A DNA stretch of 63,941 nt, filler included, from Lenisia limosa (Eukaryota; Protista; Breviatea), in the NCBI GenBank assembly GCA_001655205.1. It is 15 parts of 15 records of this genome, joined end to end, with 100 filler letters (N's around TTAATTAATTAA, not from the genome) between each part and the next. Parts side by side here need not be neighbours in the genome. Positions count along the whole stretch, not along the records: positions 18,581 to 29,260 come from LPNZ01010059.1; positions 29,361 to 32,227 come from LPNZ01007239.1; positions 32,328 to 35,278 come from LPNZ01007043.1; 12 more parts are not named here. One strand, given 5' to 3'. This document shows, piece after piece, positions 21,601-32,471 of this stretch. The stretch's first letter is position 1, and each line of letters starts with the position of its first letter. Both the position numbers and the translations under genes were made by a program. The notes under the pieces are model-generated. The model made no database searches. It was not told the origin of the DNA and saw only the letters and a list, made by a program, of their open reading frames with translations.

Positions 21601-23635
21601 GAAAACATGAAAAATAACATTCTGATAATGAAATAATGAAATATCTTGTGAAGATCTCAAGAATGACACCAAAACAAGACTGTAAATGGTTCAACCAAAC
21701 TTAACAGTAGCAAAAGGCAAGTGCATAAATATCAGGTAAATTCAAAACTCTATGATAGATAAGTTTTCAATAGTAGTCAGTCGTTTCACTAGTATTGCGT
21801 TTCCTCGTTTCCTTTCCTTTTCCTTCAACAAAAACCGCTAGTAACAATTTAAACAGAGTGCTTCCTTAGGTTAAACGTTTAGTAACTGCATAATATTAAA
21901 TAATAGCCGAAAGAAGAAGCGAGAAGGAGCTTCTAGCACAAAAAAAAGCTATGTCATGAAATAAGACCCTTCTACCTCCTCCCTTCCTCAATTGGTGGTC
22001 ATTACAGCTCAGCTGCACATACTAGCACGCTGAAACATCATTTTGAAGCAATACTCTCTCAAAAGAATAACACTTGATCCTTCAATAATCAATGGAAAAT
22101 TGTACCCTCTGATAAATCAATAGTAAAAATAAGCGTCTTTCCTGATAATTTGTCCTTCATTCGATGAAATAAGGCGAAAAATGGGGTATTATTCCGTTTT
22201 CTGGATGGTTTATATAATTGGGGTCATGACCCTGTATCTGGGGACCTTGACCTGTCAAGTCTTTCTCATCCTCTTTAGTGTGTGCTGCTATTATTAGGTT
22301 TAAAAAATATTCTCTATAAAATATAGTTGAGAGGACTGGGGCCCTTGCAAAGTATGATTTTCCTTAGTTTTGGATAACTTATGAGTATCCAACCCGTAAA
22401 TACTTTTTTTTACATATTTCCAGATTTCTCAAGAATATAAACTTTCGAGAGGTGAGAATCAAAATGTCATAAAAATGGTGATCTCTTTATTTGGTGAAAC
22501 TCTATGATTTATATCTTAAGCCAATCTGCTCGATGAAAGATGCAACCGCCTCGACCCTTTGTCTCCGACTATCTATTTATCTTAAAACATATTAAGATTC
22601 ATGAAATACGAATATAAGCCACACTGCCAGTCGTATAATTTGGTAAACGATTGTAGGTCACAGCGTCAATAAGATTTCCTTTTGACCCGCGCAATCATGT
22701 TTTTTTGTCACTAAAATATTAGGANNNNNNNNNNNNNNNNNNNNNNNNNNNNNNNNNNNNNNNNNNNNNNNNNNNCAATTCAAGTCACCAACCGCAACAG
22801 CTTTGGCAACCTCCATTGGGTCGTTTAAGATGGTGGGGAGGCTTCGGTGCTGTGTAAGGCCGTCGCAGATCGAAACGAGCGAAGTTGTCCACAACGTTGT
22901 ACAGCATCAGTAGACTCTCGCCGGCGGTACTCTTTTTGTGCAGAAGTCGAAAAACACAATTTCCTGGACAATGAGTCCTCCTAACATGGAAGTTCACGTC
23001 GTCAGTATACATTCCTGACATACAGTTTGCTTTGTAACAAGGTTAAAGGCACCAACAAGGAACAGTTCGTTTGAAACCTCATTCTAAACAATATTAAAGT
23101 GGGAGTCTGCTAAAATTGCGAAAACTATGTCTTGGAATTTCGCCCGCTTTTCCATTTAATGTCTCTATTTTACACCACTTTGTGAAATCATCATCTAAAT
23201 TAATGGAATTTAGCACTTTCTCTGGTAATTTTAGACTTGAAAATTAAACGATTTGACCAATATTTCAGGAAAAGTGCAACGGAACATTAATAATGTTTTC
23301 AAATTCTCTTGGAGTTGACTCAGAAAAGTGCATATTTCTTGCAATCTATGCCCTATCAAGGAATTCAGCTATTAATCTCACAGAAACGATTAAACTCAAA
23401 ATTATATATTTGTCCACCCCAAAACAATAATTGTATGAAATAGCTAAGAAAAATTAAGCAGACTCCGCTTTCACAACAACACAACACTTTTATCGGGGTA
23501 GGGTTTAATTATCAAATACCGCATGCGATCAGTTTGAGGTACCTTTGTTTTCATTGGCAAATGCCATTTTTCACAGCATAGTTGACCTTCTCACATATTT
23601 CTCACAAGTCCTCTCTTCTTAAGATGGCAAAACAA

Positions 23636-23945
23636 ATGCTTCCGACACAAAACCCGATTATACCCGATTTTTTATAATCTTTTTGAACAGTTGCTCTCTT
23701 ACAACGTGAACATCATTAAAACCCATTGGAAATATGAAATAATAATCAAATGTAAAATTTCACACAAATTCCAAGAAATTTCGCAATCCGGGCCATGCGC
23801 CCGGGCAAATTTTCTTCAAAAATCAGAACTAAATCTTGCTACTGTTGTCATTTTGCGATATTCTTAGATTTGGAATTAATTTTGCGGAAGTCGCATAACT
23901 TTTACGAAAATTTTTTGATTTGGGACCTAAATGTTCCAGAAAGTT
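23636..23945. repeat. ~310 bp direct repeat, copy 1 (copy 2 at 25084-25389)
   Basis: ATGCTTCCGACACAAAA...GGGACCTAAATGTTCCAGAAAGTT aligns end to end with scattered substitutions. Confidence 0.9.
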
Positions 23946-23946
23946 C

Positions 23947-24369
23947 GATACTTGCCTAATTGGGAAAACAGGGTTGAAAAAGTCGAAAAAACGGTCATTT
24001 CTCATCGTACAGCCCTTTAAAAACTTTTAATGGCGTCAGAAACAGAAAGCCAGACACCCAAAACCCTCAAAATGGTCCAATCGGATTTTAAAATAGCGTT
24101 AGTAGGATCGAGATATAAATCCTGACTTTTTGATTGAAATTATTAAAAATCTCCAATGTTCCACAGTTGCTAATTTCAGTCAAAATGTCAGGCTTATTAT
24201 CTTGAGCCTACTTACGCTATTTCAAAATCCGATTCGACCATTTTGAGGGTTTTGGGTGTCTGGCCCTCTGTTTTTTAAGTCATTCGAAGTTTTAAAGGGC
24301 CGTATGATGAGAAACGACCGTTTTTTTTTTTGACTTTTTCAACCCTGTTTTCCCAATTAGGCAAGTATC
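23947..24369. mobile_element. 423 bp foldback element with long terminal inverted repeats
   Basis: GATACTTGCCTAATTGGGAAAACAGGGTTGAAAAAGTC...GACTTTTTCAACCCTGTTTTCCCAATTAGGCAAGTATC; inverted similarity continues for about 190 bp per arm; possible TA TSD. Confidence 0.88.
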
Positions 24370-24471
24370 AGCAATCTCAATGTCCAGCCTTGCGGGAGAG
24401 ATTCTCAAGTCAACAATTATTATTGGAGGTGAAGTCTGTTTTCAAAAAGCAGAGAAAAATGTTGACGTTGA

Positions 24472-24900
24472 ATGTCAACAAAATGTTATTCCAACTATGG
24501 TCTCAATTCACAACTCAAAGAAATGATCACCGCAATCAACGATTCCAACTATTCTCCAACCGGTATGCGCAAAGCTTCTGAAGAGGCTTATAAAGCAGCC
24601 AGGGACGTTGGCATATCAGTTATTGGTGTAAATATGAGTGCATACTATACTACAGAATCATTCATTATGTCATTGAAAAACTTGTCTGAGTCATTGAATG
24701 CATCACCAAGCAATCCTATTTTTGATGTTGATAACGCCAGGATTCACCTCACTCCTGAAGTAGGTCACACGCAACAGTCACGGTTAAATTTAGGTTATTT
24801 GCTCTTCATTCATTGAATACGGTAATATTTTTGGTTTTGATCCACCATTTACGTCTCACATGTTGCAAGTTTGTTCCTCCATATTTGTACTGTTTACTAA
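24472..24900 (+). pseudogene. pogo/Fot1-like DDE_1 transposase relic (second catalytic D region)
   Basis: YTTESFIMSLKNL...PIFDVDNARIHLTPE followed, in another frame, by PPFTSHMLQ (cf. DDE_1 LLxDNxxxH and PPxTSHxLQP). Confidence 0.6.
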
Positions 24901-25083
24901 ACAGATTGCTGATAGTTATTACCATGCTAAAGTAAATGCCAAACAACAAGCTGAGCTCATGAAATATCTTTCAGTCAATTCGAAGCGGTTTGGATTTTTA
25001 AAACAATGATTTTTATAACTGTAGTGATAAGAAAGATTACGAGGTTGCTGCAATCATTGCTCAGTCTTTAAGAGAACCATCAT

Positions 25084-25389
25084 ATGCTTCCGACACAAAA
25101 ACCGATTTTACCCGATTTTTTATAAACTTTTTGAACAGTTGCCCTCTTACAACGTGAACATCATTAAAAGCCATTGGAAATATGAAATAATAATCAAAAA
25201 ATGTCACACAAATTCCAGGAAATTTCGCAATCCGGGCCATGCGCCCGGGCATATTTTCTTCAAAAATCAGGACTAAATCTTGCTATTGTTGTCATTTTGC
25301 GATGTTCTTAGATTTGGAATTAAGTTTGCGGAAGTTTCATAACTTTTGCGATATTTTTTTGATTTGGGACCTAAATGTTCCAGAAAGTT
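25084..25389. repeat. ~310 bp direct repeat, copy 2
   Basis: See copy 1; lies within a broken minus-strand ORF region (25061-25554). Confidence 0.9.
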
Positions 25390-26082
25390 TGCTGAAGCCA
25401 AAGGGCGACTCTTGACACCAATCCACTTTCCACACATAAAAGCAATTTCATCATAGAACACAACTCTGGTGTTATCCAGCTGAACGTCTGGTGTTGAGTC
25501 TTCTAAGCACTGAACAGCACTTTCAGTTAATTCTTTTGCAGATTTCTCGTTCATTTTTGAACCTAAATCCTAAAATGTTAAATGTATGTAAACCATTATC
25601 TTACCTTTTTAAGATCATAATCAGGCTTCACTTCTTTTGTTGCTTACGAAAGGAAACATTTGTAAACTGGGTCATAGTCTCTATCATATTCTGATCGAGC
25701 TGAAGGATTAGATAGAAGTTGAAAGGTACAAACCACTTTCTAACTGTCCTTCAGCTAAATGGCGAATGACTTTCAATTGCTTTGTGACGACTTTCTCTTT
25801 GGTCTTTGTCAACATAAATACTCAAAAGGCTTCTTTATTCCTCTGTTGAAGGGTTTTATCCTTCATTGATCCATTTTTGCCACGATAGACTTACAATAAC
25901 GAAGAGTTGGATTCCATATTCTTTCAAGAACCATACTAACTTCAGGCTAAAAGGTGAATAAGGTATGAATAAGTAACCAACTTGTGAAGCTGCCTGCTTG
26001 TTTTTATCTAGATCGCTTGGTTCTTTCATAGCTTTCAGTTGTTGCCGGACCAGAGTTCCTCTTTGTCATTACTTAAATTTTG

Positions 26083-27265
26083 CTACTCATTGGTGATAAT
26101 AACTTTCTCTGAAATGGTGCTATATACCCCCCCTACTTTTGCCTCTTTTCTTCGGTACATAAGCACGTCCGACATCCTTCAGTCGCTTCATCTGGATCTA
26201 TAAATACGACTATGACCTGCTGGTTAGCATCAAGTATTACTTTATAATTAGGGCTTCATTTCGGTTCGAAAAAGACCGATAAAATATCGATAGTTTTCGA
26301 ACCGAAGTGAAGCCCTAATTATAATCCATTTTAAAATAGGACCTGTAAGGGAACAAAATTGTTCAGTATTCCTGACGCTTCCAGTAATTAACTTAAAAGT
26401 GGGCATACCTCCTTTTCGAGATGAACCACGTTTTCCCTCAGCTCGTCCCTTTCAGTGGTTAAGGACGAAAGCTCTTCTCTGAGTTCCTCCTCTAAACTGT
26501 CAAATACATCTCCGTCCATCCTTGCCCAACAAATATCCAATAGAAAGCGAAGGCTCGGCTATTCTTCATACAACCCTTGTTTTTTGGCGAGCGAGATTGG
26601 CTTGTTGCTTAGTGTTATTCACCAACAAACCTTCTTTGATAGTTTTTTCGAGATCCCTGAAATGGATTGTTGTTGCCCGCATCAACGCGTTGGACTCCTC
26701 CTTCAGCGTCCTTTCGAGAAGGGCTATTCGGTCTATTGCGTGATGGAGCTGAAAAGAAGACGAGAAGGCAACACAAATGCCAACAAAGCACCCTGGGCTT
26801 CATGGAGGCGTTCTTGACTGGGAAGGCGTAGAGCCAGGCGCGATGGCTCTCAATGTCGGAGAGTTTGTTGCTGAGTTCATTAGATGATGACGTGGCAGTC
26901 TCCAGTCGGGCCTGGAGGTCAGAGAAGTAACGGTCTTGGACAGGTCGATTTTGAAAAAGGGGTGGTTGTTTTACCATGGGTAGAAAAGAAAACAGAGAAG
27001 ATATGCCCCCGTCCCCTCCCAATTTCTCAGACTTTGAGAAATTCGTTGTCTAGCATGAGCATTTCGAAGTTGGATCTCAGAATGAACCTCTGGCTGTAAA
27101 CCAGCTCCTCTGAAACTGAAAATCGATCAATGATCGCCCTTCATGTTGCCAACCTTGATTGATAATAAGCGACTTTTTGAAGGACTGCCTGAGCATGGTC
27201 ATGGCCTTTTCGCGCTGTTCGGACTCACGGTCGATTGCAGACTCAAGTCGGTCAAGTTCTTGACT
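26083..27265 (-). CDS. Hypothetical coiled-coil protein, 3' exons
   Basis: Exons QELDRLESAIDRESEQREKAMTMLRQSFKK; SEELVYSQRFILRSNFEMLMLDNEFLK; LHHAIDRIALLERTLKEESNALMR; MDGDVFDSLEEELREELSSLTTERDELRENVVHLEKE; IQMKRLKDVGRAYVPKKRG...*. Confidence 0.7.
26249..26317. mobile_element. Internally deleted family-1 MITE (69 bp)
   Basis: Both TIRs intact; TSD TTTATAAT/ATTATAAT (7/8). Confidence 0.85.
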
Positions 27266-28837
27266 ACAGCGTGTCAGGGTATAGAGCGAAATTCTCGATA
27301 AGCCTCGATAAATATTTCTATTTTCGGATGGTCCCTTATCACTGACCCAAGTGATAAAAGTGGTATTTTTATGAACAAAATTAAAAAATAAAAGTTTAAT
27401 TTTTGTACAGCCGTTTAAAAGAGCCACCCCATTTTTAGACGGCCCCCCATCCCCTATCATTCTGGTCCAAACTACTGAGCAGATCGAAGCCATTGAATCC
27501 TACCCAAGTATTTTATTTAACATATAATGAAATTAATAATGCAAATAAAACCCTCACTAACTTTCAAATTGGAATTTACGCTGTTCACAGGCGGCTTGGT
27601 CCGGTAGAGTACACAATTCTGCCAATATTTATCAACACAGCAGCCAAAAAAAATCAAGAAATCAATAGTAGGCTATCTCAGCTATCACAATTGCGCAAAA
27701 ATTTGTCGAAAAATTATTCTATCCTAATAAAACTCAAACTTTACTGAAAAGACCTGAAAAATTAAAAATATTTCTCAAAAGAGGGGGTACTGAACTTTAA
27801 TCTAAACATTCTAAAAATATGTTTTTCTTTAAAAACCGAAAAATCCCCGATAAACACACTATCTTACAGGTGTTTTGTGAAAACTAGAGGTAATGAGGAT
27901 TTATCAGTGATGTTTTTGTATTTCGAATGGCTATTGTATTAACGGCGGGATATCGAATTAACGGCGGGATTTCAACGCCGCAGCATTTATTTAGCCGCGG
28001 AAAGAAGATATAGGTGGGATGGAAAACCCCGACATGGGGGGAAAACCTCGACAGGGGGGGGAAAACCTCGACAGCTCTCAAGAAAATGAATGATGATATT
28101 TTCTGTTAAAAAGGATTTGTTTCTTTCCAAAAATGGCGTCGGACAAGTTTTTTCCCAAAAAATACGTCAAAACAAAGCAATAATAAGACTGAAAAATGAC
28201 TTAAGTCCAACATTTATCGTACTCGTAATTTTTTTTTATTCTGTCGGAAATTGCCAAATGTGATGTTAACATGGTTCTAAATATCGTATAATTGCGTTAA
28301 AAGAAGAAAAATAATGGGCAAATATGAGGAAATGGGCCAAACAGGGGACTTATTTTTAAAAAAAAGTTTGGTGATCAGATCTCAAAATTTTTGTGATCAG
28401 CGATCTTTGGCCACCTTTTTTTTTACCAAGCAAAACACCTTCTAGTTAATCAAAATATTGTATTTAGTTTCATTAATGTCAATTCTTCCGTGCTTTGACG
28501 ATTTGAAGGACCAGGTGAGGGTTTTGTCTTTGGCCCTTGTTACTCCTCCTATAGTGCGCCTCCATCTGTCTTTATCCAGTTTTTGATAATATCTGTACTG
28601 TNNNNNNNNNNNNNNNNNNNNNNNNNNNNNNNNNNNNNNNNNNNNNNNNCACTAAATTGCATATTCTATTCAGGCGTCAGACATCATCACTAAACACACT
28701 GGGGAAAAGCCAACTTACAGTAAAAACTGGTTTCTGAAACAGTTTCCACTTTTATAATTGAGAGTAGGAGGGCTGTATTGGTAAAAAGAATGGTACGTAC
28801 TGCCCTCCCCATTAATTAATTTAGAGGCCCAATTCCC

Positions 28838-29260
28838 TTGATAAGGCCAGGTCAACTGCTATGGATGCTGCAAGATATATGCAGCATATCGCTGCTCTCT
28901 CCAAGGTCCTTGTCGACCATGAAGTGTATCCAAAAATTGATTTACAATTGTGACGAGACAATGATTGACATATCAGAGAATAAGCCTCCAAAAGTTGTCA
29001 CACTGAAAGAAATAAAGAATGTCTACAAAAGAAACCAAGGCGGCCAAGTTTTACTCACATCACGCTCACAGTCACAATCAGGTGAAAGGGTTTTGTTACT
29101 CTTTCACAGGACTGCCTTTGAGAAACATGAATAACATTTATAGCACCAACCTCAGCTGTGTTCCTCCTGTTTTCTTGGTTGGTCAAAAGACCTCCTCTCC
29201 AGGTACAAAATGACTTGGAGCCACTGAGGCTTGCAGTCAGAAGCTGTCCTGACTTTGGGT
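28838..29260 (+). pseudogene. pogo/Fot1-like DDE_1 transposase relic (first catalytic D region)
   Basis: IQKLIYNCDETMIDISENKPPKVVTLKEIKNVY, then frameshifted HITLTVTI (cf. IxNxDETG...xITxxxxIxAxG). Confidence 0.7.
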
Positions 29261-29902
29261 NNNNNNNNNNNNNNNNNNNNNNNNNNNNNNNNNNNNNNNN
29301 NNNNTTAATTAATTAANNNNNNNNNNNNNNNNNNNNNNNNNNNNNNNNNNNNNNNNNNNNTACTGTCTCATTCCATGTCGTACGGTGGAGAGATGGCAGT
29401 GCTGCAGAAGCCACTGCAGTGCCTGGGCTTTGTTGTTTTTAACCCTCGTGTGTTTCCCAGATGCTAGCCAGCAGCAGAGATTCTGGGAGTTTTTCTACAA
29501 TATTAATTCCAATTGTACTCAAAATTCTTTGGGGTTTCAGATTATTCGGTTCGTGATTAGTACCTTACGCCAATTTTGTTCATGAACATTTCCTTCGTTT
29601 ACCCCCCCCCCCCTNNNNNNNNNNNNNNNNNNNNNNNNNNNNNNNNNNNNNNNNNNNNNNNNNNNNNNNNNNNNNNNNNNNNNNNNNNNNNNNNNNNNNN
29701 NNNNNNNNNNNNNNNNNNNNNNNNNNNNNNNNNNNNNNNNNNNNNNNNNNNNNNNNNNNNNNNNNNNNNNNNNNNNNNNNNNNNNNNNNNNNNNNNNNNN
29801 NNNNNNNNNNNNNNNNNNNNNNNNNNNNGGGCTTTATTTTTGTTTTGTTTTGTCCAATTTTACACTCGTCTCTAAATCACACCCCTTATCACCCGCATAC
29901 AG

Positions 29903-30010
29903 AAAGCTGTGCACAGAGTTGTCAGGCAAATGATTAATTAGTATTATTCTTTCTGATATGCAATATCTCTTATAAGCGTGATGGTGTCAACGACTTCGGC
30001 CAGATGCAAC
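29903..30010 (+). repeat. Module C intronic repeat, long copy
   Basis: AAAGCTGTGCACAGAGTTGTCAGGCAAATGATT...ATCTCTTATAAGCGTGATGGTGTCAACGACTTCGGCCAGATGCAA. Confidence 0.8.
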
Positions 30011-30359
30011 CTTTTGTTTTTATTTCTCATTGCTATATGTAACCATCCCGCAGTCCTCCACGCCAAGATCNNNNNNNNNNNNNNNNNNNNNNNNNNNNNN
30101 NNNNNNNNNNNNNNNNNNNNNNNNNNNNNNNNNNNNNNNNNNNNNNNNNNNNNNNNNNNNNNNNNNNNNNNNNNNNNNNNNNNNNNAGTGGGTTTTGGGT
30201 TTTGAGGTGGCCGACAACTTTGGCTTTCCAGAGATTTTGGGTTTTTTCTTTTTCCTTTTTCCTTTTTATTTTTTTGTTTCATATCATATACTATTTTCGG
30301 TTTTACTCATCCTGTCCTTCCTCCCATAGAGTATTGTTTCACCCCCTCCTCTGGAGTGA

Positions 30360-30488
30360 GTGCTACAGAAGCGCTTTGTTTTTTTTTGTTTTTTTTTTGT
30401 TCTCAACCCTCGTGTGTTGTCAGCCAACAGAGTTGATTTGGTTTTTTTTTTTTGTTTCAAAAAATTTCCAATTTTACCCCCCCCCCCC
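30360..30488 (+). repeat. Module A intronic repeat
   Basis: The 36-nt TCAACCCTCGTGTGTTGTCAGCCAACAGAGTTGATT at 30403-30438 is identical to 32146-32181 on the minus strand; followed by a C-run into masked sequence. Confidence 0.85.
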
Positions 30489-30787
30489 NNNNNNNNNNNN
30501 NNNNNNNNNNNNNNNNNNNNNNNNNNNNNNNNNNNNNNNNNNNNNNNNNNNNNNNNNNNNNNNNNNNNNNNNNNNNNNNNNNNNNNNNNNNNNNNNNNNN
30601 NNNNNNNNNNNNNNNNNNNNNNNNNNNNNNNNNNNNNNNNNNNNNNNNNNNNNNGATCTTTATCTTCTACTTCTCACCATAGGGGCTTTGCTCCGGTCCG
30701 AAAAAGACCAGTAAAATATTGATATCTCTCGAGGATTTATCGAGAAATTCAATATACTATTTCCATCTCTTTCTTCTCACTTCCACA

Positions 30788-31174
30788 GACAAAGCCAAAA
30801 TTGATGCGCAAATTGAGCCAACAACTTCGGAGGAGCCAACCATCGCCCAAGCCTCTCAGGTATTATGGGGGGGGGTGGATTGTTTCAAACGCAAGGTGAA
30901 TTGCATTGTTTGAATACCTTGTTAACAGGGTTGATTCTGGCCTTTTTTTTTTGTTTCAAATGCAAGGTGAATTTCATTGTTTGAACAGGGTTAATTCTGT
31001 TTGTATTTGTCTTTCCTTGTAGTTACTTAATATATGTCCAACATTCTTCTTCCTTAACCCCTCACCCCACAGGTTCACAAAGCTCAAAGTGGCACTACCA
31101 TCAGTACTGTCGCGGAACCTGATCTTGATGATCTGACAGAGACGGAACCTGAAACCCCAGCTACCAGCGTGTAA
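30788..31174 (+). CDS. 3' exons of a hypothetical protein (upstream exons masked)
   Basis: DKAKIDAQIEPTTSEEPTIAQASQ|VHKAQSGTTISTVAEPDLDDLTETEPETPATSV*. Confidence 0.6.
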
Positions 31175-31989
31175 CTAATGTAGGAGAAATGTAAAGAATC
31201 TCAAGATATCACCAATCATAACCCCCTTCCTCCCTCCTACATATTTTGTTTTGAGTTTCTTAGTTAAAATAAAAAGTGATAAAAGTTGATTTTTATTTTT
31301 TTAAAAAAAAAACTACAAACACTTTCGATGCTTCCATTCACACTGACAATTTTAGTCCCTCCGCACCCCTATTATTGTCCATACCTAGTCGTTTAAACAT
31401 TTGTGATGTTTGTTTTTTTCTTTTATTATTCTTCTGTCAATGTGATGTCCTATAAAATATGTTCTTATGTCTTAAATATATGTTCTTATGTTCAAGCTGT
31501 GCAGAGTTACATATAATGCAAATGATTGGGTGAGTGAAATGATTGGGTGATGCAGGGCAAAGCTCTGCACAAACTTTTTCAACGGTTAACTTTTTTGTGG
31601 GATGATTTTATCCACCCCCACCCACTTCTCCACACCTACATATATCCCATAAATAACCAGTCATCACAATCATATCCCAAGTCGATGCGCCGTAGTGATG
31701 AAGAGTGTGCCATTTCATGATAAGGTCCAAAATCCTGCTTGGCTTGCGTGTTCTACTGTTCGAAAGCACACCATTGTTTTTTACGTTGCATCAAGGGAAC
31801 AAGGTTTATCAAAACTGCCCATGGTGTGGACGGCTTCGGCCAAAAAAAAACTTATTTTTCATTGCCATATATCCATGCTTGAACTACAGGCCCAAATCAT
31901 TAGTCAAAAATTCCAAAATCTAACTCACTGCAACACTCCCAGGTCATTCTGGTTTAGCGGCCTGTCTGAACATAAATAGACGTACATTT

Positions 31990-32226
<237 letters not shown>

Positions 32227-32471
32227 TNNNNNNNNNNNNNNNNNNNNNNNNNNNNNNNNNNNNNNNNNNNNTTAATTAATTAANNNNNNNNNNNNNNNNN
32301 NNNNNNNNNNNNNNNNNNNNNNNNNNNCCTCCGCCCAGCAGCCTCCCCCCTCCTGGTAAGCAAGACACTAGTCAGCCGCACACACTCGCTCACTCACTCA
32401 CTTATGTGTGGATTGATAATAGATTCCATTTCAAGCTTTATCGGAGTATTCAGAGTTTAAGCAACCTCCAG

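Noticed and set aside
23636-25389. LTR retrotransposon (paired direct repeats)
   Set aside because: No TG...CA ends, primer-binding site, polypurine tract or gag/pol; the interior is DNA-transposon debris.
30890-31000. Short local duplications (also 125-175, 4550-4595, 58615-58660, 63377-63432)
   Set aside because: Ordinary slippage duplications with no further structure.
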